Origin: Callorhinchus milii
Taxonomy: Eukaryota
Direction of reading: 5' to 3'
Assembly (NCBI RefSeq): GCF_018977255.1
Contig: NW_024704743.1
Coordinates: forward strand, 74,340,001-74,404,000
Length of the DNA stretch: 64,000 bases
Shown here in pieces: positions 1 to 14,485 of this stretch. The notes under the pieces were generated by a model. It was not told where the DNA came from. It saw only the letters and a list, made by a program, of their open reading frames with translations, and made no database searches. The stretch's first letter is position 1. Each line of letters starts with the position of its first letter. The translations under genes and the position numbers were made by a program.

Positions 1-219
1 ACTTATTTCCTATGGAGGATTAGCCAAATCAAGAGATCCAGAATAAGGTCTCTTGATCTGCATTTTCTTTGTGAATGTGCCTGTTTCCCTGAGAATTGCA
101 TTTTTCTACTCTTAAACCGTGTCACTGAAGTTATCAGGATACAGGTTTCCTTGCTCCTTCACTAATCTCCCAGAAGTACTTTGTTGACCTCGCCGAAACC
201 AAGGTAAAAGCCAAAGTGA

Positions 220-1820
220 GTGGCTGCCACGACTACTTCGCCTCAAAAATCAAAAACATCCGCTTGGCTGCATCGTCCTCCCCCCACCCCCCACCATGTT
301 CCCTTCCACCCCACCCGGACCATCCAAACCGCCTTCTCCCTCTGCCACAGCTCTTGCCACTTCCCCTCCTTACACTCCTTTGTCCCCATTTCTCCTTCCC
401 TCTTAACCACAATCACCCGGATGAAGTTCACCACCTGCTACCTTGACCCCCTCACCACTCAGCTGCTGGTTACTCAACTCCCCCTTCTCTCCCCACTGCT
501 GGCCGACACGGTCAAGCAGTCTCTCTCCTCAGGCTCTGTTCCACTCCCCTGAAAACGATTACATTTGTATAGCGCCTTTCACGTCGAGAAGACGTCCCAA
601 GGCACTGGACAGTGTACAGCATTTCAGACCCGAGCTGGGGTCGAGGGAAGGGGGGGTGACTGATGGCGTGATCGAAGAGGAGGGTTTTGAGGCGAGACTT
701 GAAGGAGGCTAAGGAGGGGGCGAACCCCTGCAGTCTGGTTTTCACCGACTGCCCACAGCACAGAGACCGCGCTTGTCAAAGTCACAAACGACATTTTCTA
801 TCTGTGACCAGGGCTCCCTCTGCCTCCTCATCTCAGCAAATGGTTTCTCCTCCCGCCCCCACCCGGTTACCTGCAGGGTACCCCAGGGCTCCACCCTTGG
901 CCCTCTTCTTTTCCTCATCTATAAGTACCCTCTGGGTGATGTCATCCGCACACAGGGTAAACTTCCACATGTATACGGATGATACACAAATCTACTTTGC
1001 CTCCTTCAGCATCGACTCCAGGTCCACGGATGTTCTACCAGCTTGTCTTCACTCCTGCGGATCTAAACTCAACCTCCCTGGGCGCTCCCACAGAATCACT
1101 GAGCCAGTGCTCAATCCAGGCGTCTGATTCAACCCCCAGCTGTCCTTCCTCCCCCACATCTGGTCCGTGACCAGGTCCGCCTTCTTCCACCTCCGCCACA
1201 TAGCCTACCTCCGACCGTTTTTACCCCAAATTCAGCCGAAACCCTTGTGCATCCGTGTCACCTCCTGCTAGGATTACTCCAACGCACTCCTCGCCGGTCT
1301 CCCCAGCTCCACCATTCATTCAAAAGATCCAGCTCATTCAAAACTCTGCCACCCGCGCACTTACTCAGACCAAACTCCATACCCACGTCTCACCAGTTCT
1401 GGCCAGGGTCCACTGGCTTCCCAACACCGAATGGATCGACTTCAAGACCCTCCCACTCGTGTTCAAATCCATTCACTCCCTGGCACCTCCCTACCTCTCC
1501 AACCTCCTCACTCCCCAATCCACCACCCGGCACCTCTGCTCCACTGGCACCATCCATCTGCTCGTCCCTCGCACCTTCCACCCCACCATCAGAGGTCGTG
1601 CTTTCAGCCCTGAAACTCTGGAGCACTCTCCCTCAGTCCCTCCTCCTTGGCCCCTCTCTCCCCTTTTTCAGGTCCCGCCTGAAAACCTTCCTCTTTGGCT
1701 GTGCTTACCGCCACTCCCCCCCCATCCCCCCGCCCCCATCAGGCTCCACCGCTGTTAGGTGCTCTGAGATGCTACCCTGCGTGGAGGGTGCTATATAAGT
1801 GCAAGTTGTTGCTGTTGTCA
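220..1820 (+). mobile_element. Degenerate L2-clade LINE (RT and 3' end) with an antisense L2 tail inserted at about 555-720
   Basis: Frameshifted RT motifs (VPQGSTLGP, FHMYTDDTQIY, LIQNSA.R, HWLP...IDFK) and an L2 stem-loop tail with (ttg)n. Confidence 0.9.
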
Positions 1821-1843
1821 TTGTTAACCTCCATCTTCAAATG

Positions 1844-2155
1844 TGGAGTCCTGTAGCTCAGTACTTAGAGCACTCGCCTCGCAAGCGAGAGATCTCTCTT
1901 CGATTCCTAGCAGGGCAAAACCTTGGGCAAGTTTCTTTACTCCACACGCCTGATAATTATCCTTCAATAAAAAAACAATTATAAAATGGGTCATTTCAAT
2001 CCACGACTGTTTGTGGGACACTGCTGTGCGCAATTGGCTGCAGCATTTCACACACAAATATACAGTCCATTCACTTTATAGTATATTCTGTGAAGCGCTT
2101 TGAGACATCTGGAAGACGTGAAAAGCACTTTATCAAATGCAAGGATTGTTATTAT
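1844..2155 (+). mobile_element. tRNA-Ala-derived SINE with L2-type tail
   Basis: Head ggagtcctgtagctcag, core ttgtgggacactgctgtgcgcaattggctgc, tail aagcgctttg...caaatgcaaggatt. Confidence 0.88.
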
Positions 2156-3052
2156 TTACAAACTTAATTAGCAGATAATGTATAACTGCACTAAGCACAA
2201 GGATGATCTCTGTTCACATATTAGTACCTTGGGAGGTCCAGAACATTGCGGTGGGCTAGAAGCCAGATTGGAGGGTCTAAATACGGAATTGAGGACAGAA
2301 CAGAATTCTGTATCAACTGTATGTTCTTCCAAGAGTGCATAAATTGAGCATTATCAGCACCCGAAAAAGTTTTTTTGTATTACACACATCAAGAATGTGG
2401 AAAGCAAGTGGTACAGACCCAATAGGCTGAACTGAATACCCTGTCTAGAATTGTGGTTGAGGCTTAATCCATATTAGCCTTTAAAAGGGAATTAGATAAA
2501 ATAATAATCCTTGCATTTGATATAGCACCTTATCACATCTTCTAGACGTCTCAAAGTGCTTCACAGAATATACTGTAAAGTGAATTAACTATGTTTTGTG
2601 GGCGAAACGCGGCATCCAATTGCACACAGCAGTGTGCAAACAGTGATGGATTAAGTGACCAAATTATTGTATATTTTTTGAAGGGATTATTATCTGTAAG
2701 GAGAAAAAGTGGTATGTGAAAAGGCCAATAAAATGGAGCTAAATGGATTGCTCTTTTATAATCAGGACAGATTCAATGGTCTACATGGCCTCTTCCTGTG
2801 CTGTATGTAGCACATGATCTGAGAAACAGTTTAAAGCTCCTGGGAGAGTTAAAGTCACGTAGCACAAGTCTTAGTACATTCCTTGTTTTGTATATGAGGC
2901 TCCCATCAAATTATGCTTTGTTTGATTTTCAGCTTTCCCCTTGCAGAAATTAAAAAGCAGCAGTACTTGTGGAATTTCGCCTGCTCTAACTCTAAAACCC
3001 AGAAGCCAGTTTGTTTTGTACACAAGAATCTTATGTTAGGAACAGCAATATT

Positions 3053-3058
3053 TTTATT
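3053..3058 (-). terminator. Candidate ANO10 polyadenylation signal AATAAA
   Basis: tttatt on the plus strand, about 450 bp downstream of the stop codon. Confidence 0.4.
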
Positions 3059-3508
3059 GTGATAAGGTATCTGCACATCAATTACATAATTTACATCATT
3101 CAAGGCAAGAACCAAAAATTCAATTTTCATCTTTCATTCATTCAACTCTTGCATAAGAGCAACAGGAAATTTGTTTTACCTGCTTGCTTGAAGAGCTAAC
3201 TCACCTACCTCAACATGTGAACAACACTTCAACATAAACTGACAATGTTGCATATAATCATCGAGAAGGAATACTGTAGTAATGTATCACTCCATATTGT
3301 ATATTCAGACTTCAATAAAGCTTCAGGCAAACTTTTAGTGAATTAAATTAAAATGCAAAGTTATGTTACATTTTAGTGCAGTGGTGACAAGGTTGTCGTG
3401 CAATGGCATGAATACTTATGCCCAATAATTATGAATACATTTGCAGTAGGTTTAAATTTGTTGTATGGCTTCATCCATCAAAGGTTCGAATGTCACTTTT
3501 TACAAGCA

Positions 3509-3598
3509 TTACTTCACAAAATCTTTGCTGCTTTTTCTTTTCCTTTCCTCCAAACCTTTCTTCTTTTCTGGCAGTGACTCCTCGGCTTGCTTCATTTG
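3509..3598 (-). CDS. ANO10: ANO10 last coding exon (QMKQAEESLPEKKKGLEERKRKSSKDFVK*)
   Basis: Acceptor tttctcttgcag, phase 0, begins QMK as recalled for the ANO10 terminal exon, TAA at 3509-3511. The tail is divergent, so support is weaker than for the other exons. Confidence 0.82.
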   Translation of the reverse strand, partial: QMKQAEESLPEKKKGLEERKRKSSKDFVK

Positions 3599-6500
3599 CT
3601 GCAAGAGAAATGAACATATGTCTAGCAAATGTCTTAGTCTCTTAAAACATACACCTACAGGAAGTCGAGATAAGAAAAGCACATTCAGCCAACCAAAAGT
3701 CATTCAAAACTTAGAAAGTAAGGGTGTTAAAGGTTATGGAACAAAGGGTGAGTTTTAAGATAAAATGTGTAAAAGATCTGTCAAAATCTAATAAAATAGC
3801 AGAATGAGTTGAGTGACCTCTTTTCCTATGTGACTAACCACTTAACTCCCTCTACCAACACAATCAGCACAAGCTTTCAATTGCAATGCCCTAAAGCAAC
3901 AGCTTTAATCACCTTTGAAATTGTACATATTTTTGTAGTACTGAACATACACATTTGAGAATTAAATTCAGGATTAGGAGTCTCAGTGTAACCTTATTAA
4001 AATTCAACTAAACTTGATTTGATGGAATACATTTACTGTAATGGCCTTCACTAAAAATAGAGCTGGTTCAATGATTATAGAATCACTGAAAGTTTACTGC
4101 TGTCTGTGCTGATGCTGGCTCCCCCACAGGAACTCTCTACTTGATCCTCATTCCCTGCTCCTTCCCTGAGCCACTTAATATTCTTCTTTAAGTGTTTCTC
4201 CAATTTCTTTTAAATAATGTTTTGGAATCACCTGGGAGATGCTAAGTAGAAGCACATCACCCTGGAGAAGGAGAAATAATCCAAAAGCATATCATGCTAT
4301 ATTAGTTTAGCATAGCGCTTAGTGCTCTTCTTGGTGTGTTGAGTATTGATGGGAGACGAAACAGAAAAGGAAGAAAAACATTTTTAAAAACAAACGATAA
4401 TTAGACAAACATTCAGTCTTTTTACACTTGGTAAAGTAGGTCAATTTGAAGGAGGAGGACTTTTTCCCTTCCAAATGGGTCACTGTGGTGCTATTCGGTT
4501 GTCAGTGATTACCATACACTTCAAAATTTATAATGGACAAAACATATAGAATTACTTTAATGTAATCTACCTTCCATAAGCCTTGCAGTATCAAAACCTT
4601 GCAGCTATTTCCAGTATCAAAATTGTTAATTTTCTCATTATAAGCATTTTTTATAATCAGTCTAAACTGGCATGTTGTAATGTTATTCTATACCTGGCAG
4701 CATCACCTAGATTGAATTGCTCTTTAGAGACCAAGTGATCCCATTAAAGATGTTTCAAAGTTATTCTAACATGATTTCAAACATGAAACAAGCCGATAAA
4801 ACCTATCTCCTAATAAACTAAACTGAACAACCAATAGGCATTTAAAACCAATAACAATACAACATTTAAATATTAAACAGAACTTCAAAAAACATGAAAA
4901 AATATTCCAATAGTTATCTGGTGTATTTTGATTGGAAAACTTAACTATTTTAGCTAGAGGGGAGTTAACAGATGCGATAGTTTACCCAGGGAGACAGGAG
5001 TTGTGCATAGTATGGGCAGCTTCAAGAGGAAGCTCTATGAGGAAGCTCAATGAAGATTTGATGGTGGAGAAGATTGGGGCATGCAAAAGAGGAAGAGACA
5101 ATATGCAAAATTGAAATCAGTCAGATCATAATCCCATTTTATCGTTCTGCATGTTCCTGTTTTTAGACGCTAATTGTGTTCTTATCGTCTAAATCATCTG
5201 CTTACATCAGCGAATCTACATCATCTACCCCTTTCATTATTTTCCAAACCTAGATCACATCTCCTCCCTCCTGAGAATAAGTGAAGCTGTGTGAGCTTCA
5301 CATTATAACTTAGAATCTCCATCGTCATTGCTCTTTTCTGAACCTTTTCCAAAGCATCAATAAAGTTAGGATGACCACAAATGCACATATTTCAAATATG
5401 GCCTCACATGCTTTTTCTTCCCATTTGGAACAACTAACATTCTCCCTCCAACAAAATGACCTACTTCTCAACTGAAGCAGAATTGAATGTTTGGCTATTT
5501 ATTATTCGTTTTTAAAAATGATTGGTCTTTCTTGTGTCAGTCAAATGCCCTGAGATATAATCTGGTATATTATTAGCTTAATTCACAGCAGCCTCACATT
5601 CACTTGGATCATTAATTATTTTGCTTGACTTGAGGTTCAGATCAGCCATAATCTTATAGAATGGCGGAACAAGCTTGAGGGACTGAATAGCCTACTGCTG
5701 TTTCTGTGTTTCTCAACTTGTACTAATGGACGTCTTTAATCTTGTCACAGTACAATATCTTGTTCCAATATCCTGCATTGATTCACATTAACATCCCTCA
5801 GCCATTCTTTGACCTATCTCGTTAATTGACACACATCTTGTGTATGCTATTTATTTAGCCTGATCTATCTCGCTAGAGTTTTGATTCAACATATTTCATC
5901 ATATTATAAGATGTGCTCTTTGCCGAATGATGCATGAATAACATGAACGGCAAGAGACAAAGACATCACTATCCCAAAAAGAGCTTTTTTTTATTTATAG
6001 AATTATTGAATTTGCAGCACGGGAGGCCTTATCCTCATCAGTCACATTTGCCCAAATATCCACGTCCTAATAATTCTGTGTGAAAAGATTAACTTTCAAT
6101 TACAATCTTGAGCTTCTGCTCCTCGTTACCAATTCACCAACTAACAGCCATAATTTTTCACAATTATTCTCTCAGAACCTTTCAGAATTTTGGAGATTCC
6201 TAGCAACCTTTTTTGTTCCAGGGAAAACAACTTTCAAGCCTATCCTCATAACTATTACGTTTCAGCCCTCATATCATTGCACAGTCTTCCACTGTACCAT
6301 TTTTATGTTTCTGATGCCTCTCTGCAGTGGGACACCCAGAACTGTATGCAGCATTCTAACTGTGGCCCAACCAAAACTCGTGAATTTTACATAACTTCCT
6401 TGCAGTATATGTGAGACCAGAATCCTATTGCTTTTTATGGGTATTTTTATTTTGATATGGCCCCCTAGTTTTCTGTTTCTGATCACTAAGAACATCTCTA

Positions 6501-8734
6501 TTTCTGGTCTATTTTGCTTTTGTTCTTTTTCCCTAAAACATACTACTTTACATTTCAAAACAAACAGCATTTGCCAGCTATCTATACGCTCTTCCATAGT
6601 TTATTTTATTCTTCCTCAGTTTGCTGCACTCTTTTAATTTGGCACCAACAGCAAACTCAGAAATTGTTCCCTTGACATCCATTTCAATATTCTAGGACAC
6701 CGAACATCTGGGCCTGGACTCTTCTACTTTAAGTTCTATCTGTTTATTGCTAAGAGTTTTCAATCTAACTAGCTAATTTGCCATTCACTGTCTGAGTTTT
6801 AACTTTCCTTAAAAGTCCCACATGTGGAATAATATTCTGTGTTGTGCACAAATTGGCTGCCACATTCACCCACAAAACACACAGTCACTCGACTTTACAG
6901 TATATCATATAAAGTGCTTTGAGATGATCTGATGTGAAAGGCGATATAGCAAATATAAGGATTATTATTATTACTATTGATAAATTAGATAGCCCTCATC
7001 CACTCAAAACAATCTAGTACACGTATGGCCTACTGCTTCTAAATCAAGGTTGACTAATCTTTATAGTCCATGCTTTTCAAATAAACATTGATAGCTTCTG
7101 CATATAATACTCTTAAATTACTAATCACATACACCAATGGTTAGCATGGAAAGTGCACATTACATTGCTGCAGTATAGGATGCTCTTCTAATATTGGGAT
7201 TGTATTATTGGGTAATGTACAGAGATCAGCGAGGTGTACTTGATCTGAGAGCACTCGATTCTATTAAGTCATCCAGAAATCATCCTATTTCATTCTCCAG
7301 CACAACTGCTCTCTTTCTCACACTGAACACAAAATACAAAAATTTAGGAAAGCCACTTCTCTTGGAAAGATGAAACATGGCCTGCCTATTTAACTTTTGT
7401 CTATTGATTCTCAATGACTGACATAGGTTTCAAAGATAACCAGTGTTAAAAATAAAGATAGATTAAAATAATTTTGGGAAATAAATAAAATACATTAAAA
7501 TAATAAAATGCAATTTAAAACATTTTCATAGATATAAATGGGCAGATAACAATTTTAAAATTGTACCTTGCTGCTGCAGTTAAATCTAGTCATATTGCCA
7601 GACAAGACATTCACTTTTTTTCATTCTTATCAACAAAGAAACAGATATAACTGAACTGCGTCAATCCTACTCCTGTGGGAATATTGCAATGGTAAATGTA
7701 ATCAGACTGAATGTTGAAATAGAAAATATTAATCTTGAATGTAATCGAAATGTCACGAGGAATTATATAACTGCATTCCACAAATTATGTCTACGGGTTT
7801 AAAATGGTTTTCATAATTCTTTTAATTGATCTGAAAGCTTCACATATAATGACAACACTGATAAAGAAAAACCTTGGTAGATTCCCATTTCAGCTATTCA
7901 GTCAGTCAGCCTTACAAACAACATGAAGTATTTCTAGATGATGAATGACCATGTTGTGGTTATATTTTCAAAACATCTACTGCAATTTCGATTCAGTCCT
8001 GTGGGACATGAATTCTAACAGCTGCTTTGATCTGTGGAAAATACTTCGATTTAATACTTTGGTGCCTCACTTTTTCCATAACAAAAACAGCTGCTGCAAT
8101 AAATACAACAGAAAAACAACAGACAAACAATTGGTCCATTATTAGCTTTTGAAATGTTATTGACATATCAAAATTATATTGATTTATGAACATTGCTGAT
8201 AAAAAAAGAACAATGTTTTTCCTCAGCACATCCAGCAGCCAAACACATATCAAATTTATTACAGAAAATGTGACACTGCACAACGCAGATCATTTGTAAA
8301 CATGCACCATAGATGTACCACATTAGTATCTAGTAACTCAGAGCATTCTCCAGAGCAAGAACTGAGCATTTTCAGTACTCTAAAGTTAAGTAATAATTCT
8401 CACATTTGGTATAATGTCTCACATCAGGACTATTGAAATCTCAAAGTACTTCACCGCACTGTAAAGTGTAGTGCTTATTTTGTGGGTGAAACTTATAATT
8501 TGTGTATATCAATGTCCCACAAATAGCCATGAGGTTTTTGTATGCACCATGTACGTGCACACATGCTAAGCTACCAAACAAAATATCCAACAGTTGTGAA
8601 GTGCTTTAGCTGAATTTAGGGTGTCAGAAGCAAATAGATAGTGGTTGAGCATATTCTCTCTGAAATCAGGAATACAGGGTTTCAAAATTTTGAAGGGAGT
8701 TGATATTTTTCACACTTCTTACTTGATTTAGGTA

Positions 8735-9150
8735 TCAGCTCTTAGTTATCAGTTGGTAGCTCAAAGGTGTGTGTTCAAGCCACACATGGGGACTTTGAGC
8801 TCATGGTCTAGGACAGGCTGATATGCCAATGGAGTGATGTGAGAGCATTGACAGAGGGGTCATCCTTTGGATGAGATATTAAAACCAAGGGCTGTTTATT
8901 CAGGTGGATATTAAAGATTCCATTGCTCATTTGAAAAGAGTAAGGTGTTCGTTCCTCCCAGTGACCTGGTCAGGATCCCCGCCTTCCGATAAAATTGTTT
9001 ATTTATCTCATTACGGTAAAACACTGATGTGCGCTAATTGGCTGCGCTATTTGCCTACAAAATAGTCATACAGTTTACAGTAAAATCCTGTGAAGTGCTT
9101 TGAGACGTTTCAGTGACACGATAAGGCGTTATATCAAATGGAAGTATTAT
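8735..9150 (+). mobile_element. Old Deu-domain-type SINE; related fragments near 31030-31165 (+), 42590-42880 (+) and 58660-59035 (-)
   Basis: Shared gatgagatattaaaacc...ttcaggtggatattaaagattccat core across the copies, plus an L2-type tail. Family name is from recall. Confidence 0.6.
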
Positions 9151-9310
9151 ATTTTGAGCTTTAGTTAATCGTTTTTCCTCACGATTTTAAAATATTCAAG
9201 GATTTGTTTTAATTGATTCATTGCTTTAAATTATTCTTTCATACATTGGGGTGGAAAATGCAATGTTTCATAATAGATTGAATAATTACTATCAAATATA
9301 TTATTCTCTT

Positions 9311-11645
9311 GAGCAGAGAGCCCTGCAGCGTGAGGAAGGAACTGAGTGAGGTAGAACAGAGTGAGAATTCTGTTAAGGAATTTGGTGAGAGTGGGAATTC
9401 AGTGAGGGGGAAAGTGGTGCATAATTATAAAATATAGAAGTTATATTAAAGTAATACAAAACACATCTGGGAAAATAGCAGGGCAGCTGAGACTGGTTGC
9501 ATGCACAATGTGTGCCATGTGGGACCTCCAGGATGCTTTGTGTGCCCTGGACAGTCACGTGTGTAAGAAGTACCTTCGGCTGCTCGAGCTTGAGCTCAGA
9601 GTTTCCGAGCTTGAGGAGAGGCTAGTGTCACTACATAGTGTACGGGAGGCTGAAGAGTTCATGGATTGAACGTTTCAGGAGGTGGTCACTCCACAGCCCC
9701 AGAGGGTTCAGAAGGAGAGTGAATGGGTGACCACCCGGCATAGTAGGAAGAGGGGACGGGCGGTGCAGAAATCCCTGAGTGTGTGACACTCACAAACGGT
9801 TCTCTGTATCGAATATTGGTCAAGGTGATGACACCTCTGGGGAGGGGAGTCAAAAGCAAATGGATGCACAGGGGAACGCAGGGAAGAGTGTCAATGCAAT
9901 TGTCTTAGGGGACACAATGGTGAGAGGAGTAGACAGGTGTTTCTGCAACCAAAGATGTGACTCTCACATGGAATGTTACCTCCCTGGTGTCAGGGTAGAA
10001 GTCATCACAGAACGGGTTCAAAACGTTCTACAGGGGGAAGGGGAGCATCCAGAAGTCGTGGTCCATGTTGCAATCCATGATGCAGGGAAAAAAAGGGCTG
10101 AGATCCTACGGGGAGAATAGTAGAAGCTAGGGAAAAAGCTAAAGAGTAGGACCTCAAAGGTGGGGATCTCTGGATTACTCCCAGTGCCTCATGCAAGTGA
10201 GTATCAAAACAGCAGGATCAAACACATGAATGCATGGCTTGAGCAATGATGCAGAAAGGAGGGCTTCAGGTTCCTAGACCACTGGGACTAGTTCTGGGGC
10301 AGGTGAAACCTATACAAGATGGATGGGTTACAGCTGAACAGGGCTGGGACCAATGTCCTCGCAGCGAAATTAACTAGTGCTGTGGGGAAGGATTTAAACT
10401 AATTTCGAGGGGGAAAAGGAATCAGGATGTAGCCTTAGAGAACAAACAAGTGACATAGAGGTTGGGAGAGACGAATAGCAATGTGATAAGGAATATCCAG
10501 AAAAAGGAGAGATTATATTGGGGAGAAACAGACTAAGTCGGTCTTGGAGTGCGTGTGTGTAAATGCACAGAGTGTGAAAAATATGATTGGTGAGCTGCAG
10601 GCACAAGTTGCCACATGGGGTTAAGATGTAGGGGCAATAATGGAGACCTGGCTCAAACAAGGGCAGGAATGGGAGCTGAATACTCCTGGCTACAATGTAT
10701 TCAGGAGGGACAGGGAAGAAAAAAATGGAGGGGGAGTGGCAATATTGATTAAAGACATGGTTACAGCCCTGGAAAGGGACGAAGTGCTAGAGGGCCCAAA
10801 AACGGATCTATTTGGTTAGAATTAAGGAGCAGAAAAGGAGCTGTTACTCTGTTAGGTGTATACTATAGACCACCAAATAGTGGGAAGGAGATAGACGAGC
10901 AAATCTGCAAGCAGATTTCAGAAAGATGCAAAACCAATAGAGTAGTGATAATGGGGGACTTCAATTAATCTGACATAGACTGGCAAAATAACAATGTAAA
11001 GGGTAAGGAGGGGGAAGGATTCCTGAAATGTGTGCAGGATAACTTTCTAGAAAGAGCAGTCAATGCCACAGTATCGGAGGAGAGGGTAGAGAAATTGGAT
11101 AAGATAAGAATAAAGCAAGAGCAGGTGCTAAAAAGGTTGTCGGTGCACAAGGTAGATAAGTCACCCGGTCCGGACGGGTTGCATCCTTGGTTACTAGGGA
11201 AGTAAGAGTGGAAATACTGGAGGCTCTGGCCACAATCTTTTAGGGAGTACAATTTCCAAGTTTGCAGATGATACTAAGCTAGGAAAAGTAGTAAACAGTG
11301 AGGAGGATAGTAGCAGACTGCAAACGGACATGGACAGCCTGGTAAAATGGGCAGACATGTGGCAGATGAGGTTTAATGTGGAGAAATACGAAGTAATGCA
11401 TTTTAGGAGGAAGAATGAGGAGAGGCAATAGAAGCTAGATGAAGTTTAAAGGGGGTGGAGGAGCAGAGAGACCTGGGGGTTCATATAAGTAAATCTTTGA
11501 AGGTGGCAGGACAGGTAGATAAAGCTGTTAAAAAAGCATACGGAATACTAGACTTTATAAATAGGGGCATAGCATACAAAAGTTATACAATTAATAATAA
11601 ACCTTTATAAAACACTGGTTAGGCCTCAACTAGTGTACCGTGTTC
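9311..11645 (+). mobile_element. Degenerate CR1-clade LINE with ORF1 (SGNH-esterase-like), APE endonuclease and RT fragments, internally deleted
   Basis: IVLGDTMVRGVDR, CYLPGVRV, ETWL, GGGVA, YYRPPNS, VIMGDFN, KSPGPDGLHP and SKFADDTKLG, with many stops and frameshifts. Confidence 0.9.
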
Positions 11646-12554
11646 AGATATCAGCTGGGTAACAAGATTCAAGGCTCACTAGCAGGAATCCAGTATTGTT
11701 GCACAGAAATCTTGTGCAAAGATTGGGGGAAGGAAAGAGAAGAGAATAGAAAAGCAACTGAATGATGAGTGAATCCTAAAAACAGAGCCAACAATACATG
11801 GGAAGAGAGTCTGGTATTCAACTCTGCTTTACACAGATGCAGGTTTTTGATGCAGAATTGTAGCTTGGATTGGGATTGAAACCACTCAAACCTTCTCCCC
11901 CACCACCAGCACCGCTGACATGGCCTTTCAAGTGTGGGTGAGACAAACCCCGTCAGCTCTACAGCTTTAGCCACCCGAGGAATTGTGTACAGAGCATTGA
12001 ATATGGAGCTAAAATTTCCATAATTAAATTCTGGATTAGTAGCCTCAGTGGAATCTTTTTCAGAAATGGACTAAATCTTTGTTTGAGTGAATAAATTAAC
12101 TATTGTAGAAAGAACTAAACTAAATACAGCTGGATTAATAATATTTGCATTTACTATAGTTTCTAACCATACAGGTTAATCAGCCTGCACTGTCTGTGCT
12201 GGTGTGACCCCCACCCCTCACTGGAATTATCTTCTCTTGTCCAAATCCCTTCCACTTTCCCTGTACATTTTAATAGTTTTCATGTTCTTAATCTGATTCC
12301 CTATTAAATGCTGGTGGAGACAGCTTCAAAGGCAATTTGTAGTAATGCATTCCACATTTGAACAAAAATATTTCTTCTAATCTCCCCTTTTTCTTCTGCC
12401 GATTATTGTCAATTTATTTCCTTTGTTAGACTTTCATTTAGTGCAAATAAGCTCTCTATTAATCCTGGTCCTTCTCTGCAAAAATAGTCCTAACCTTTCA
12501 AGTCTTTTCACATAACTATAACCGCTCATGCCTAGTGACATTTTAATGAATCTT

Positions 12555-12960
12555 CACAGATTCACCAGGCCCCAGCAGATTCAATTCAAGATCCTCGTCC
12601 TCACTTTCAAAGGCATTCTTGGCCTCTTTCCCCACATCCCAATTCTGCGATGAACATCTACGTCTTCCTGTGACTCTCCCTCTGCTCAGCAAACACCAGT
12701 CTGCTTCATGCTCACCACTCACTCTGCTCCACCATTGGTGCCATTCAGTCCACTTCTCTGGAGCTGCACCCAGAATCACCCATCTTATCCCCTCCCTCTC
12801 TGCCTTCAAAATCCCATTAAGACCTCTCTGTTTGACTGCACTTTCAGCCACCTTCTCCCACTGCCCCCACACACAAAGTTTGGGCTCCCAGACACCTGTA
12901 TGAAGCACTTTGAGATATCCTGCTGATGTGAAAGGTGCTATGTCAATGTAAATTGTTGTT
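12555..12960 (+). mobile_element. L2 3' fragment
   Basis: ttcaagatcctcgtcctcac through the stem-loop tail and (ttg)n. Confidence 0.7.
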
Positions 12961-14485
12961 GAACTTCTCCATGGCTATGATGTTGTTCCTATTATGAGGT
13001 GCCCAGAACGAGATGCAATATTTGTGCCTTGGAACGTCCTCCTGACGTGAAAGGCGCTATACAAATGTAATTTGTTGTTGTTATTCCAACAGCAGCTCAG
13101 CCAAAGTCTTTTACAAATTTAGCATCCCATTTTTGCTTTTGTATTCAATGTCTATACATATATATATATAAAGTGTTTTTTCATCTTCTTGGCCATTTGC
13201 ACACCTACCTTTAAACACAGTATTAAACAAAAACTTCTCCACTGTAAAGAATGTTACCACTTAAGGTATTTTGTTTGAACTCATTCCGAAAATGCATAGA
13301 TTCAAATATTTCTATAACAAATTCAATGTGTGATTTATTAGCTCGCTCTGCTGTCCCTTCCTTCTCTTTTGTGTAATCTTCTGCATTCCTCTTCAGTTTG
13401 CCATGCACAGTTTGGCAGTTTTTTTAAAAAAAAGCTCATTTCAGCATAAATACTTCCTAATCCATAAAGGTAATCAAGCAAACTGCCAGCTCTGGATGCC
13501 CACATCAAGGACAGCTCCTTGAGAAATTCCAGACCTGAAGATTATACATGTTTATGTAACCTCAGTGCACTTCATTTCACTCCATTTTAACTCTTTTGTC
13601 CTCAAAAGGCAAAAAGACTTCTAGTATTGAGCAGAAACTTGGAATTCTGCCATGACTACTGATGCCAATTCAACTGACAAGAAAGAGGTGCCCTTGCAGC
13701 AGCATAAATTGGTCAATTGGATTACTGCAAGCTGTCACAAGCAATATAGGGCTAGAGAACTGACAAAACCCACCACACACAATTCAAATGTCAAATAACA
13801 CTCTGGAAACAACAGGATGCACTGTAGTAGAAATCTACTGAGAGAATTTATTCTTAATAAGTGAAGGATATTGAAGGATATTGAACATTATATATAGTCC
13901 ACGGAAAATAACTGGTTTTAATATTGCACCTAAATCCATTTTGAAACTAAATGTCTAAGAATAAACTGCATCACAATAAATAACATTTGCACTTTTAATT
14001 TATGTGAAGATAATTTTGTGCAACAGAGTTAGTATAGAGTGGCTGCAATTGACAACAAACCTCACTTCAACTGCAGATGTTGTGCAGCTATACTGGCGGC
14101 GAGATAAATGAATGGATGACCTACTTCTGTCGGCTTTGGAAGAAAAGGCTGGGATATAAAACAAAAGAGACCCTAAAATAGAATCAGTGACAAAGTCAGC
14201 AGCGGAGCAAGGGCAGGGGGGAAGCTCTGCTTTTTCCAACCGTCTGCAGCTTCCTCACTTCTTATTAACATAGGAATCATATAATTTGAAAACCTTATCA
14301 AGTCATTTTAAGTTGCCAGAATTATTTTCAACATAACTGAAAACCATTCAGGCAAGCGTGGTAATATTTGTGATGAGAATGCTGTATGATTCACTGCAAA
14401 GTGCGCTATGCACAGGAAATATCGCTGATGTCACTTGCTACAATTTATGCGTAGGAAACAATGTCACTTTCTACTCTTATCCTAT

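Noticed and set aside
13223..13408. Charged minus-strand ORF as an alternative ANO10 last exon
   Set aside because: No convincing polypyrimidine/AG acceptor and no recognisable similarity; the exon at 3598 fits better.
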